Source of the DNA: Candidatus Latescibacterota bacterium
GTDB lineage: Bacteria; Latescibacterota; UBA2968; UBA8231
DNA length: 64,000 nt
Direction of reading: 5' to 3'
Assembly (NCBI GenBank): GCA_965217585.1
Contig: OZ244561.1
Span: 1,440,001-1,504,000 of the forward strand
A program made the translations under genes and the position numbers. Position 1 is the stretch's first letter. The number at the start of each line of letters is the position of its first letter. Below the pieces are notes generated by a model. It was not told where the DNA came from, searched no databases, and saw nothing but the letters and a program-made list of their open reading frames with translations. Shown in pieces: positions 25,541-35,942 of this stretch.

Positions 25541-26488
25541 ATGAAAAAACCTGCGGTTTACATAGACGGCCAAGAGGGGACGACTGGGCTGCGCATTCGC
25601 CAGATGCTAGCCGGGCGCGAGGATGTGGAGGTGTTGCTCATTCCACCGAAGCATCGCCGGGATCGGCGCGTTCGGGCCGAGTTTCTCAACCGCGCGGACT
25701 TGTGCGTGCTCTGCCTGCCCGACGACGCGGCAGCCGAGGCCCTCGCCCTGCTCGAAAACCCGCAGACCAAGGTCATCGACACCAGCACGACGCGGCGGGT
25801 CCACTCCGAATGGATCTATGGACTGCCCGAGATTTCACCCGCGCACAAAGAGCGGATTCGCCGCGCACAAAGAGTCGCCAATTGCGGTTGTTATCCCGTC
25901 GGCTTCATCCTCGCCGTGCGGCCCCTTATCTCGCAGGGATTGCTCCTGCCCACCGCGCCGCTGGCCATCAACGCGGTGTCCGGCTACTCCGGCGGGGGAC
26001 GCCAGATGATCGCCGAATACGAAGGAGAGGACGACCACAAGCCTTTCTGCCTGTACGGCCTCGACGGCGACCACAAGCACCTGCCCGAGATATGGAAATT
26101 CAGCGGGTGCGAAAAACAGCCGCTCTTTGTACCGTCCGTCGATCATTCGTTCTGCGGCATGGTCGTCAGCACGCCGGTGCCCACGGAATTTTTCGCCCGT
26201 CCCCACGTCAATCGCGAAGCAGTGTACGAGGCCTGGCGCGAGTACTACGAGGACTGTCCCTTTGTGAAGTTGGTCGCGCCGCAAGCCGCTGTCCTGCGCG
26301 ACGACAAGTTCCTCGACCTAACGGGGTTGAGCCATACCAACTTCGTCGAGCTATCGGTCTGGGGCGCCCCAGAGCGGGGGCTGGTTTTGGTCGGGCGGCT
26401 CGACAATCTCGGCAAAGGGGCGTCGGGCAATGCCGTGCAGTGCCTCAACTTGATGCTCGGCTGCGACGAAACCGCAGGGCTGCGCTAG
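25541..26488 (+). CDS. argC: N-acetyl-gamma-glutamyl-phosphate reductase (type 2)
   Basis: IDGQEGTTGL, ANCGCYP, SGYSGGG, LDNLGKGASGNAVQ. Confidence 0.95.
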   Translation: MKKPAVYIDGQEGTTGLRIRQMLAGREDVEVLLIPPKHRRDRRVRAEFLNRADLCVLCLPDDAAAEALALLENPQTKVIDTSTTRRVHSEWIYGLPEISPAHKERIRRAQRVANCGCYPVGFILAVRPLISQGLLLPTAPLAINAVSGYSGGGRQMIAEYEGEDDHKPFCLYGLDGDHKHLPEIWKFSGCEKQPLFVPSVDHSFCGMVVSTPVPTEFFARPHVNREAVYEAWREYYEDCPFVKLVAPQAAVLRDDKFLDLTGLSHTNFVELSVWGAPERGLVLVGRLDNLGKGASGNAVQCLNLMLGCDETAGLR

Positions 26489-27238
26489 ATGCTCGTCGAT
26501 AGCCACTGTCATCTCGACCAATTCGCCGATGCCGACGCCGTACTTGCGGCGGCCACACAGGCCGGGGTGGGGCAGGTCGTCGCCGTCAGCGAAAGTGCCA
26601 GTTCCATGCGCACGGTGCTCGCGCTCAAGCAGCGGCACCCGGACCAAGTGCTGGCCGGGCTGGGCTTGCATCCAGCATGGGTCACCCAAGCTACAAGCGC
26701 AGAGCTCGCGGACGCGCTCGCCTATCTGGCGGCCCATCTGCCCGAGGCCGATGTCCTCGGCGAAGTCGGCCTCGACTACAAATGGGCAGCCAGCCCGGAG
26801 CAGCAGGTCCAGCAGCAAGACGTCCTCGCGCAGCAGCTCGACCTAGCGGCTCAATGCGGCAAGCCGATCAACCTGCACTCGCGCCGCGCCCAGCGACAGA
26901 CCTTGGAGCGGGCCGTGGAATTTCGCCGCCGCACCCAGCTCAATGCCCAGCTACACTGGTTCACCCAATCCAAAAAACTCGTGAAGATATGCCGTGCAGA
27001 GCGGATTTACGTATCCGTCGGTCCGTCCGTCCTGTGCGACCCGCAGACCCAAGCCGTGGTCGCGGAGATCGACCGCGAGTTGCTGCTGTTGGAGACGGAC
27101 GCGCCCGTGCCCATCGACGGGGTCCCAGGCCATCCAGTGCGGGTGGCAGCAGTTGCCGCAAAACTAGCCGAACTAACCGGGTTCACCGAGGAGGAGGCCG
27201 CGGCCAATTGGGCGCGCTATTTGGGCAAACTGCCGTGA
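26489..27238 (+). CDS. tatD: TatD-family hydrolase
   Basis: DSHCH, GLHP, GEVGLD, HSR, HWF, LLETDAP. Confidence 0.9.
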   Translation: MLVDSHCHLDQFADADAVLAAATQAGVGQVVAVSESASSMRTVLALKQRHPDQVLAGLGLHPAWVTQATSAELADALAYLAAHLPEADVLGEVGLDYKWAASPEQQVQQQDVLAQQLDLAAQCGKPINLHSRRAQRQTLERAVEFRRRTQLNAQLHWFTQSKKLVKICRAERIYVSVGPSVLCDPQTQAVVAEIDRELLLLETDAPVPIDGVPGHPVRVAAVAAKLAELTGFTEEEAAANWARYLGKLP

Positions 27239-27321
27239 AAACACGGGTAGACACTAGGGGTTGCGATTTTTCGGCATTACGGGAAATACTATAAAGCGCA
27301 ATTAGGTAAACAGGAGGAACC

Positions 27322-29073
27322 ATGCCAACGAGTATTTTTGTCCTTGCTTGCGCCCTCGTCTTTTGCGGGCTAGCAGGGCCAGCGAGCGCCCAACGAGGCC
27401 TAGGCAGCTTGGAAAGTCTGATCCGGGGCGAAGAAGAAGTCAGACTACAGGCCCTTTCCGCGTCCGACCTACCGGACCTAAATCAGGATTTCATCTCCGA
27501 TAAGGCGCGCCTGCCCGGCAGCTTAGGCGCGGATAAGACGCGCATCGGTCAGGATCGCGATATAGACCCAGACGCGTACATCGTCGGCCCTAACGACGTA
27601 CTTCAGCTTTACATCTGGGGCGAATTTGACCAGCCCTACACCTTGCAGGTCGATCCAGAGGGCTACGTTCTCATCCCCACCGTCGGCTCGTTTCACATTT
27701 CGGGCCTGTCGCTAACCGCAGCCAAAGAGCGTCTCTCAACCGCAGTCCAAAACAAGTATCCTAACGTGGACATCAGTATTTCCCTCGTGAGTATGCGCTT
27801 CTTCACCGCGTACGTCACCGGTGCGGTGCTGAACGAGGGCAGCTTCACCATCCATCCGACCACGCGGGTTTTAGATATAATCAAACAGGCTGGCGGCTTT
27901 AGGGACCGGTTGCAACGGATCGCGTTGCCGGGTCAGGATGCCGGTGGAACCACTAACCGCAACACAGGCCGACGCTCCATCCAACTGATCCACCGCGACG
28001 GCACCAGCGAGCGCGTGGATCTCGATATGTTCCTCGCCACCGGCGACCTCGCGCACAATCCCTACGTGCGCATGGGCGACGTGGTCCACGTCTCGTTCCG
28101 CAAGCATTCGGTGTCCATCTTCGGCGCGGTCAACGAAGAGGGCGAATACGAGTTCCTACCCGGGGACACCCTCGGCGACCTCGTGACATTGGCCAAGGGC
28201 TTAAACCGCTCCAAACCGCTGATCAGCGCCGAGCTCTGGCGCTTTCAGGAGGGAACCGAGCAGGCCGAAGTCATTGAGCTAGGCGGTGCCAAAGAGACGC
28301 TGGAGGAACTGAACTACGAGACCATCCGCCACATTGAGCTGCGCCCCAACGACGCGATCTTTATCCGCGCGCAATCGCTGTGGCAGTCCACGCACACGGT
28401 CGTGATCTCTGGCGAGGTCAGGTTCCAAGGCCGCTACCGCATCGAACCCGGCGTTACCCGCATCAAGGACGTGGTGGCCGCGGCCGGCGGCCTAACCGAT
28501 GAGGCGTCTCTCATCGGTGCCCGAGTAATCCGCACCAAGGTACGGGTCGAGAAAGACCCGCAGCTAGAGCAGCTAAAGAGACAGAGCGAGGTGGCGGGCC
28601 TCACCTACATGAACATCGAGGATCGGGCTTATCTCAAGACCAAAACCCGCGAAGAAAAGGGGCGGATCGCAGTCGATTTCGAGCGGTTGTTTGTGGATGG
28701 CGACGAGGGGCAAAACATCTTGCTCGCCAGCGGCGATGTGATCTTTTTCCCCATGCAGCGGCACACCATCAACGTCAGTGGTCAAGTGCAGCGAGCCGGG
28801 CTGATCGACTACGAGCCAGGCCGCAAAGTGCGCTACTACATAACCAAGGCCGGCGGGTACTTGTACGACGCCGACAAACGCAATGCCCGCCTAGTCCGAG
28901 CGCGCACGGGCGTCCGCGAGAAACTCAAAGACAACCTGCTAGTCGAGGTCGGCGACGAAATATGGGTGCCCCAGAAGGAGCGCATCGATTACTGGGCATT
29001 CACCCAAGAGACTATTCCCACCGTCTTCAATATCCTGACCCTCGCGGCCTTGTTGAAGGGGGCTTTTTTCTAG
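27322..29073 (+). CDS. Polysaccharide export protein with SLBB repeats (Wza/KpsD-like)
   Basis: Signal peptide, YIVGPNDVL, VDPEG...IPTVG and repeated G.V..G / AGG SLBB units. Confidence 0.88.
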   Translation: MPTSIFVLACALVFCGLAGPASAQRGLGSLESLIRGEEEVRLQALSASDLPDLNQDFISDKARLPGSLGADKTRIGQDRDIDPDAYIVGPNDVLQLYIWGEFDQPYTLQVDPEGYVLIPTVGSFHISGLSLTAAKERLSTAVQNKYPNVDISISLVSMRFFTAYVTGAVLNEGSFTIHPTTRVLDIIKQAGGFRDRLQRIALPGQDAGGTTNRNTGRRSIQLIHRDGTSERVDLDMFLATGDLAHNPYVRMGDVVHVSFRKHSVSIFGAVNEEGEYEFLPGDTLGDLVTLAKGLNRSKPLISAELWRFQEGTEQAEVIELGGAKETLEELNYETIRHIELRPNDAIFIRAQSLWQSTHTVVISGEVRFQGRYRIEPGVTRIKDVVAAAGGLTDEASLIGARVIRTKVRVEKDPQLEQLKRQSEVAGLTYMNIEDRAYLKTKTREEKGRIAVDFERLFVDGDEGQNILLASGDVIFFPMQRHTINVSGQVQRAGLIDYEPGRKVRYYITKAGGYLYDADKRNARLVRARTGVREKLKDNLLVEVGDEIWVPQKERIDYWAFTQETIPTVFNILTLAALLKGAFF

Positions 29074-29099
29074 AATAAGAATCCCAAGGAGCACTATTA

Positions 29100-30302
29100 A
29101 TGAATACCCCAAAAAAAGAAATCGACATCATCGATCTGCTAACGGCACTGCACGCGGGCCGATGGCTGATCATCGGCGGCACCTTGGCCATCTGCGTCTT
29201 GGCCGGTGGCCTCAGCTTCCTCTTGCCAAAGGAATACGAGGCCACCGTGCAAATTCTGCCCCCCCGCGAGAAGAAGCAGAGTTTTGGTTTTTCCAGCCTG
29301 CTCTCGTCCTTACCCATACCCGCCTTGCGCCTCGGGGAGAGGGGCACGCCATCTGACATTTCTCTCGCCGCCATCAAGAGCACGACGACGCGGCGGCGGA
29401 TGGTCGAGAAATTTGGCTTGATGCAGCGCTACGAGGCTCGCACCCTGACCGACGCGATTGAGGTCCTCGCCGACAACACCACGGCCGACATGACCGAAGA
29501 GGGCATGCTTAGAGTCTCAGTTCTAGACAAAGACCCGCAAATGGCCGCCGACATGGCCAATTACTACATCGCCCTGCTCGATAGTACCAACAAGCGATTC
29601 TCGCATAAGACTGCCTCCGAGCGCTTGGACTTTATCCGCGGGCTTTTGCAAGAAGAAGATAAAAAGCTAGAGGACAAGATGAAGCGGCTGGAACAGTTCC
29701 AGTCCGAGCACAATGCCATCTCGATCGCGGACCAAGCCCGCGCGGCGATTCTGACTGCCGCCTCAATGCAGACCGCCGCGATAGAGCTCGGAATTGAGCG
29801 TCAAGGGCTTCTTCAATCCGGGCTAGGTCCCAACCACGACAAGATCAAAAAGCTCGAGCGCGAAATTCTACTGCGGCAGGGGACCCTGGCTTTCTTGCGC
29901 GACGGCCCCAACCCCGCCGACAACAGCGTGCTGCAAAACAAATCGCTGCAACTAGAGCTAGACGAAAACCTCTTCCTGCCGCTGAAGCAGATCCCGAGCG
30001 TGGCCCAAGAGTACGCAAACCTCGAAAAGGATGTACTCGTGCAGACGTCCCTTTTGCTGGTCCTGCTGCAACAGGAGGCTCAATCCCTGATTGAGGCCAA
30101 AGACGCCACTTCGACCGTGCAGATACTCGACCCGGCCACTCCGCCCGAAGTCAAGGCCAAGCCCCAGCGCGTGCTGATCGTATTTATCGCCGGCTTACTC
30201 AGCCTCATCGCCTCATTCTCCTATGTGCTGGGGGCGGTGTACATGCGGGACCTTCAACAGCGCTGGCGCGAGCGGCGCGAGACGACGCCTGAAGTTCTAT
30301 GA
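29100..30302 (+). CDS. Wzz/GumC-type polysaccharide chain-length determinant
   Basis: N- and C-terminal TM helices, coiled coil, VQILDPATPPE.K.KP motif. Confidence 0.85.
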   Translation: MNTPKKEIDIIDLLTALHAGRWLIIGGTLAICVLAGGLSFLLPKEYEATVQILPPREKKQSFGFSSLLSSLPIPALRLGERGTPSDISLAAIKSTTTRRRMVEKFGLMQRYEARTLTDAIEVLADNTTADMTEEGMLRVSVLDKDPQMAADMANYYIALLDSTNKRFSHKTASERLDFIRGLLQEEDKKLEDKMKRLEQFQSEHNAISIADQARAAILTAASMQTAAIELGIERQGLLQSGLGPNHDKIKKLEREILLRQGTLAFLRDGPNPADNSVLQNKSLQLELDENLFLPLKQIPSVAQEYANLEKDVLVQTSLLLVLLQQEAQSLIEAKDATSTVQILDPATPPEVKAKPQRVLIVFIAGLLSLIASFSYVLGAVYMRDLQQRWRERRETTPEVL

Positions 30303-30739
30303 CTATTCAAGTAAAGGTGATCAACAAGGGGGGCCAACCACTGCCCACCTATGAGACAGCACACAGTGCGGGCCTCGACTTGCGCGCCGCTTTATCAGCA
30401 GCAGTGGTCTTAGCGCCCGGCGAGCGCGGCCTCATTCCTACGGGCCTGTTTCTCGAAATTCCCCCAGGCTACGAGGCACAGATCAGGCCGCGCAGTGGCT
30501 TGGCCCTCAAGCGCGGTCTGACGCTGCTCAACGCCCCGGGCACAATCGATGCCGACTACCGAGGCGAAGTCGGCGTCATCATGATCAACCTTTCGGCCGA
30601 AGAGCAGCACATCGGCCCAGGCGACCGCATCGCCCAACTCATTTTCGCGCCGGTGACGCGCGGCGAATGGATCGAGGTCGAGACGCTCGCCGAAACGGAG
30701 CGCGGCAGCGGCGGCTTTGGCTCGACAGGGGCGCACTGA
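30299..30739 (+). CDS. dut: dUTP diphosphatase
   Basis: SAGLDL, RPRSGLA, GTIDADYRGE, GDRIAQ, RGSGGFGSTG. Confidence 0.97.
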   Translation: MTIQVKVINKGGQPLPTYETAHSAGLDLRAALSAAVVLAPGERGLIPTGLFLEIPPGYEAQIRPRSGLALKRGLTLLNAPGTIDADYRGEVGVIMINLSAEEQHIGPGDRIAQLIFAPVTRGEWIEVETLAETERGSGGFGSTGAH

Positions 30740-30757
30740 AATTATTCAGAAGTGGGT

Positions 30758-30808
30758 AAAAAAAAGAAAGGGGCCGGTACTCCTGTTGGAGTACCGGCCC
30801 TTTCTGTT
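30758..30808. terminator. Probable bidirectional terminator between convergent dut and the moaD-like gene
   Basis: ggccggtactcc-tgtt-ggagtaccggcc stem with A-rich left and T-rich right flanks. Confidence 0.85.
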
Positions 30809-30825
30809 GTATCCGTTACGGCTGC

Positions 30826-31095
30826 TTAACTCGCGCCCCCCGATATGGCGGGCAAGAAGTGAACCTCGCTTTGCGGCCCCACCTTGGCCCTCAGCCCGGC
30901 GGCGACCACTTCGCCATCAACGGCGACGGCGATCTCGGTCTTGATGCGGTCGCCATCGATAATCCGCTCCTTAAAGCCAGGGTAGCGGGCGTCGAGTGCG
31001 GCAACGACCTCGCGCACAGTCGCACCCTCTACCTCTACTTGCTGCTGGCCAGCGGTCAGCTTCTGCATCAGCGAGGGAATCCAAGCTACGGGCAC
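30826..31095 (-). CDS. MoaD/ThiS-family ubiquitin-like protein
   Basis: VEGATVREV, VAVDGE, C-terminal LPAISGG-AS. Confidence 0.85.
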   Translation of the reverse strand: MPVAWIPSLMQKLTAGQQQVEVEGATVREVVAALDARYPGFKERIIDGDRIKTEIAVAVDGEVVAAGLRAKVGPQSEVHFLPAISGGAS

Positions 31096-31100
31096 GGCTT

Positions 31101-33356
31101 TTAGCTACTCCCTGTCAACGCGGCGACAATGCGGTCGGGCTTCATGGGCAATTCCTGCGGACGCACGCCAACGGCATCCCCAATGGCGGCGGCGATGGCG
31201 GCGGGCGGCGGGGCGATGTTGGCCTCGCCAACGCCGCGCACTCCGTAGGGATGGCCCGGATTGGGGACCTCGACGATGATGGTCTCAATCATCGGCAGGT
31301 CGAGGCTGGTCGGGATCCGGTAGTCGAGATAGCTGGAGTTGTCGAGGTGGCCGTCTGGATTGTAGAAGTACTCCTCGTTGAGCGCCCAACCAATGCCTTG
31401 GGCCGAGCCGCCCTGCATCTGGCCCTCGACGTACGCCGGGTGAATGGCCCGCCCGGCGTCTTGGACGACCGTAAAGCGCACAATCTCGACCTTACCGGTA
31501 TCGGGGTCCACTTCGACATCGGCGATATTGGCCGCAAAGGAGCCGCCGACGCCCGAGTCTGGATCCACGGAGGCGCGGCCAATGACGGGGCCGCCGGTCT
31601 CTTCGAGCCGGCCAGCCAATTCCTTAAAGGTCAGCGCGTTATCGCCGGAACGGAAGACGCCATCGTCAAACTCGACTTGGCTTACTTCGACCTCCCAAAG
31701 CTGGGCCGCGCGCTCGCAGAGCTGATCCCGCACGTCGAGGGCGGCCTTGTACGCGGCCCAACCGGTGGCGTACGTCACGCGGCTGCCGCCGGTTACGTCC
31801 GTGTGGCCAATCGAGTCCGTGTCGGCCACCTGCGGTTTGACGTCTTCGGCCCGCAGGCCCAAGGTCTCGGCAAACTGCATGGCGATCGACGTGCGCGTGC
31901 CACCGATGTCGGTCGAACCCTCGACTAAGTTGACCGTGCCGTCTGCATTGACGCTGGCCGTGCAGGAGGACTTAAGCCCGACGTTGAACCAATAGCCGAC
32001 CGAAATGCCGCGCCCGCCGTTGGGGCCAGCGGGTGCTGGACTCTGGTAGTGCTCCGAGTTGGCGATGGCCTCCAACACCTCCTTGCAGCCCATCTTCGGA
32101 TATACCACGCCGTCAATGCGGCGAGTGCCGGTCGTCGCGCTGTTTTTGAGCCGGATCGCTAGCGGCTCCATCCCCAATTCGGCGGCCAGCAAATCGACCA
32201 CGTGCTCAGTGGCGAAGGCCACCTGCGTCGAACCCGGGGCGCGATACGCAAAACTCCGCGGCTTGTTGACCACTACGTCATAGCAGTCGATCCGGCCATC
32301 GGGGATGTCGTAGCACGAAAACACGCACATCGCGGCCGCGCCGACCAAGCCGCCGGGATACGCCCCGGACTCAAAGGCGATATAGGCGTCGGCGGCCACG
32401 ATCTTGCCGCTCTTGTCAGCACCCATCTTGATCTTGATGTACGACCCAGGCGTCGGGCCGGTGCTCTCGAAGACGGCTGGCCGGGTCATAATCATTTTGA
32501 CGGGCTGGCCGCTCGCCTTGGAGAGCAGCGCGGCGACTGGCTCCAAGTAAACCGGGATTTTGCCGCCAAAGCCGCCGCCGATTTCTTGAGGCACGACCTT
32601 GATCTTGGAAATGGGCATGTCCAAGACCGCGCCAACTTGGGCGCGCGCGGTGAACGAACCCTGGGTGCTGGTCCAGACCGTCAACTGGCCATCGGCGTTC
32701 CAACTCGCCGTGGCGTTGTGCGGTTCGATGTACCCTTGATGCACGGTGGCAGTCTGAAACTCGCGCTCCACGATCACGTCGGCCTCGGCAAAGGCCTTGT
32801 CCGGATCGCCGAGCTGGTGCTCGAAGTGGGTGGCGAGGTTGCTCTTGCGACCGGTGTCTTCCCCAAACTCTTGGGTGGTCATGTCGTCGTGGAGCTGGGG
32901 GGCACCCTCCTGCATGGCCTCGCGCACATCGAGTACTGGCTCTAGTACCTCGTACTCGACTTCGATCAGGTCGAGTGCCTCTTCGGCAATGTGGACACTG
33001 GTGGCGGCGACGGCGGCGACTGGATGCCCGCTGTACAGGGTCTTATCCGTGGCCAGCACATTGTCGCGCAGGTATTTGAGCCGGGCCGGACCTTCGCCGA
33101 GATCGACGATTTGGTCTCCGGCATCGGGCAGATCAATGCCCGTGAGGACGGCCTTGACCCCGGGCAGGGCCGCGGCTTTAGAAGTGTCTATGGACTTGAT
33201 GCGCGCATGGGCGTGGGGCGAGCGCAGGACCTGTCCGTAGAGCAAGCCGGCCAACCGGGTGTCAGCGCCGTAAATGGCGCGCCCAGTTACTTTGTCAACG
33301 CCGTCGTGGCGGATGGGGCGGGTGCCGATGACTTTGTAGCCGTTGGTGGCAGGCAT
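31101..33356 (-). CDS. Xanthine dehydrogenase/aldehyde oxidase family molybdopterin-binding subunit
   Basis: KVTGRAIY, RSPHAHA, IGGGFGGK, AYRAPG, TGGSR, EGQMQGG, RGVGE. Confidence 0.93.
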   Translation of the reverse strand: MPATNGYKVIGTRPIRHDGVDKVTGRAIYGADTRLAGLLYGQVLRSPHAHARIKSIDTSKAAALPGVKAVLTGIDLPDAGDQIVDLGEGPARLKYLRDNVLATDKTLYSGHPVAAVAATSVHIAEEALDLIEVEYEVLEPVLDVREAMQEGAPQLHDDMTTQEFGEDTGRKSNLATHFEHQLGDPDKAFAEADVIVEREFQTATVHQGYIEPHNATASWNADGQLTVWTSTQGSFTARAQVGAVLDMPISKIKVVPQEIGGGFGGKIPVYLEPVAALLSKASGQPVKMIMTRPAVFESTGPTPGSYIKIKMGADKSGKIVAADAYIAFESGAYPGGLVGAAAMCVFSCYDIPDGRIDCYDVVVNKPRSFAYRAPGSTQVAFATEHVVDLLAAELGMEPLAIRLKNSATTGTRRIDGVVYPKMGCKEVLEAIANSEHYQSPAPAGPNGGRGISVGYWFNVGLKSSCTASVNADGTVNLVEGSTDIGGTRTSIAMQFAETLGLRAEDVKPQVADTDSIGHTDVTGGSRVTYATGWAAYKAALDVRDQLCERAAQLWEVEVSQVEFDDGVFRSGDNALTFKELAGRLEETGGPVIGRASVDPDSGVGGSFAANIADVEVDPDTGKVEIVRFTVVQDAGRAIHPAYVEGQMQGGSAQGIGWALNEEYFYNPDGHLDNSSYLDYRIPTSLDLPMIETIIVEVPNPGHPYGVRGVGEANIAPPPAAIAAAIGDAVGVRPQELPMKPDRIVAALTGSS

Positions 33357-33376
33357 GGCGTTCCTCCTCGTTGGGT

Positions 33377-33856
33377 TTAGGCGCTTTGGCGCACTTCCTC
33401 AGCGGCGTCGAGGACAGCGCGGACGATCTTGTCGTAGCCCGTGCAGCGGCACAAGTTGCCAGCCAGCCAGTGCCGCACTTCGTGCTCGGAAGGGTTGGGG
33501 TTGTGGTCGAGCAGGGCCTTGGAGGCCACCAAAAAGCCCGGGGTGCAGATACCGCATTGGAGCGCGGCGTGTTCAAGGAACTTCTGCTGCACCGGGTGTA
33601 GGCTATCCGGGCTGGCAAGGCCCTCGACCGTGCCGATCTGCTTGCCATCGGCCTCGACGGCCAGCATCAGGCAAGAATCTACGAGGACGTCATCGACGAC
33701 GATGGAGCACGCGCCGCAGTTGCCGTCGTTGCAGCCCTCTTTGGTGCCGGTGAAGCCGAGCGTCTCGCGCAATACTTCGAGTAGGCTTTGGCGCGACTCG
33801 CAGAGAAATTCGGTCGGTTCCCCGTTAATCGTGGTTTGGACGTGTATTTTGCTCAT
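33377..33856 (-). CDS. (2Fe-2S)-binding small subunit (CoxS-like)
   Basis: GCNDGNCGAC, QCGICTPG, GNLCRCTGY. Confidence 0.95.
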   Translation of the reverse strand: MSKIHVQTTINGEPTEFLCESRQSLLEVLRETLGFTGTKEGCNDGNCGACSIVVDDVLVDSCLMLAVEADGKQIGTVEGLASPDSLHPVQQKFLEHAALQCGICTPGFLVASKALLDHNPNPSEHEVRHWLAGNLCRCTGYDKIVRAVLDAAEEVRQSA

Positions 33857-33945
33857 GTACCTTAACTCCGAATTTGAGCCGCCTATCGCGGCGAGTGAAG
33901 AGTTGTTCCCGCCGACCCAATGGTCGGTGCAGTTTCTAAAGCCTT

Positions 33946-34854
33946 CTAGCCAGCCGCTTCCTGCACGGCGTTGGCGACGAACTGGCCGCGGGCTCGGGCG
34001 ACAGCACCCGCGAGGGTGCGCTTGACCAGCACCCCGACGAGATGGGTGCGGAAATCGGCCGGGCCGCGCATGTCGGAAATCGGCCGGGCCGCGCTCTGGG
34101 CGACGGCTGCGGCCGCGGCGATGGCCTCGTCTGAAACGGCTTGGCTCGCTAAGCTGTCGCCGGCCTCGCGCGCGAAAATCGGCGTGGGGCCGACCGCGGC
34201 GAGTGCAATGCGCGCGGCCTTAAACTCCTTGCCGCGATTGGCCAAGGTGACATGGGAGGACACCCCGACGACGGCGATGTCCATCTCGTTGCGCGGAATA
34301 AAGCGCTGGTAGTGAGAGCCCGTGTTCTTCCTGGCAATCGGGATCTGGAGAGAAACCAAGACCTCGCCGGGCGCGAGCACGCTGCGGCCCGGAGCGGTGC
34401 AAAAATCCTCTACCGCGACTTGGCGCTTGCCGTCCGGCCCGGCGATGTGGCACACGGCCGAGTGGGTAATTAGGCTGGGGGTGGTGTCCGCGCTGGGAGA
34501 GGCGTTGCACAAATTGCCGCCAAAGGTGGCGCGGCCCTGTATTTGGATGCCGCCGATAATAGCGGCCGAATCGACGAGCCCAGGGTATCGCGCGACGATT
34601 TCGGGGTCATTGTAGATGCTCCAGCAGGACACGCCCGCGCCAATGACCAAACCCCGGCGGGGACCGTAGGAAAGCTCGTTGGCCTCGGGGACGTTCTTGA
34701 TGTCGATGATGCAGTCGGGCTCAAAACGCTTCCCGCGCAACTGGACGATCAAGTCGGTGCCACCAGCGAGGATGCGGGCGGCCTCGCCCTTTTCGGCCTT
34801 GAGGGCCACGGCCTCGCGCAACGTGCTGGGGGCGCAATATGCAAAATCTTTCAA
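33946..34854 (-). CDS. FAD-binding medium subunit (CoxM-like)
   Basis: LAGGTDL, ATFGGNLCNASPSAD, RPISDMRG. Confidence 0.93.
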   Translation of the reverse strand: MKDFAYCAPSTLREAVALKAEKGEAARILAGGTDLIVQLRGKRFEPDCIIDIKNVPEANELSYGPRRGLVIGAGVSCWSIYNDPEIVARYPGLVDSAAIIGGIQIQGRATFGGNLCNASPSADTTPSLITHSAVCHIAGPDGKRQVAVEDFCTAPGRSVLAPGEVLVSLQIPIARKNTGSHYQRFIPRNEMDIAVVGVSSHVTLANRGKEFKAARIALAAVGPTPIFAREAGDSLASQAVSDEAIAAAAAVAQSAARPISDMRGPADFRTHLVGVLVKRTLAGAVARARGQFVANAVQEAAG

Positions 34855-34907
34855 GGAAAACCCTCCTCGCTTGTAATTGTAAGTAGTGATCGCTGCTTTC
34901 GCGCCTA

Positions 34908-34936
34908 ATTATGGAATGCTCCATCCCCGCTGTCAA
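34908..34936 (-). promoter_or_regulatory. Sigma70-like promoter for the molybdo-hydroxylase operon
   Basis: TTGACA-N17-CATAAT on the minus strand. Confidence 0.6.
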
Positions 34937-35022
34937 GAGCGGTAAAAGGCGCGGCGCAATGGGACGGATAGCTAACTTTTTTTGTTGAGACCCTCGGCGT
35001 GGAGCGCATCAACAGCTTCTCA

Positions 35023-35898
35023 TCAATCGCTCCCTACCCCCGCTTCCAAGCTCCAATAGACCGTTTCGATCCAGCGCTGCGTTGGCACGAAAGACCACTC
35101 CCACGACGCCCATTGAGAGTCGAGTCCCTCTGCGCTGATCTGGTCGAGAGACATGCCCGCGCTCCGACGCGTGCGCACGCTGGCCGTAGTTTCCACCAAC
35201 ATGCGGTGGTAGATCTTCAGATCGTCGAGGGTGGCGACCGGGCCGTGGCCGGGGATGATTTTCGCGTCCGCGGGAAGCTGGTCAATGAGCGTGGCGATGT
35301 GTTGCGTTAGGGTCTCGACGTCGCCGCCGTACTCTAGATCGACAAAGGGGAAGAGGCCGTTGAAGAACAGGTCGCCGAGATGGGCGATCTGGGCGTTGAC
35401 AAAGAATACGGCGATGTCCCCGTCGGTATGGGCGCGGGGGAAGTGAACGGCGCGGATTTCCTCGTCGTTGAAGAACACGGATGCCGACTGCTCAAACGCA
35501 ACCTCTGGCAAGGCAACCGCCGGCGCAGGCTCAATGAACCGCTTGCCAAATTCACCGCCCGTCGCCAGGCGTTTGCGGACATTGGCATGGGCCAAAATCG
35601 TCGCGTGCTGACCAAAGGCGTGGTTGCCGCCAGTGTGGTCGCCGTGGAAATGCGTGTTGAAGATGTACTGGGGCTGGCCGTCAAAACGGGCTAGCGCAGC
35701 GTGCAGCGCATCGGCCTGCGACGCCAATTTGGCATCTACCAAAAGAAGGCCATCGCCGCCGACGCAAACCCCAACATTGCCGCCACCGCCTTGCAATACA
35801 TACACCGCGTCGCTGAGCTGGGAAAGCGACAGCTCGGCGGTCGCTGGGCCAGCAGTCAACAATGCCGCGAATAATGGGCGAATATTTAATAAGCGCAT
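35023..35898 (-). CDS. Exported MBL-fold metallo-hydrolase (cyclase-like)
   Basis: Signal peptide, NTHFHGDHTGGN, AHTDGD, HLGD, IIPGHG. Confidence 0.88.
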   Translation of the reverse strand: MRLLNIRPLFAALLTAGPATAELSLSQLSDAVYVLQGGGGNVGVCVGGDGLLLVDAKLASQADALHAALARFDGQPQYIFNTHFHGDHTGGNHAFGQHATILAHANVRKRLATGGEFGKRFIEPAPAVALPEVAFEQSASVFFNDEEIRAVHFPRAHTDGDIAVFFVNAQIAHLGDLFFNGLFPFVDLEYGGDVETLTQHIATLIDQLPADAKIIPGHGPVATLDDLKIYHRMLVETTASVRTRRSAGMSLDQISAEGLDSQWASWEWSFVPTQRWIETVYWSLEAGVGSD

Positions 35899-35942
35899 AT
35901 TTCTTTACCCCTGTAATTAGGCTCTGTGTGAATGAGAGCGGA

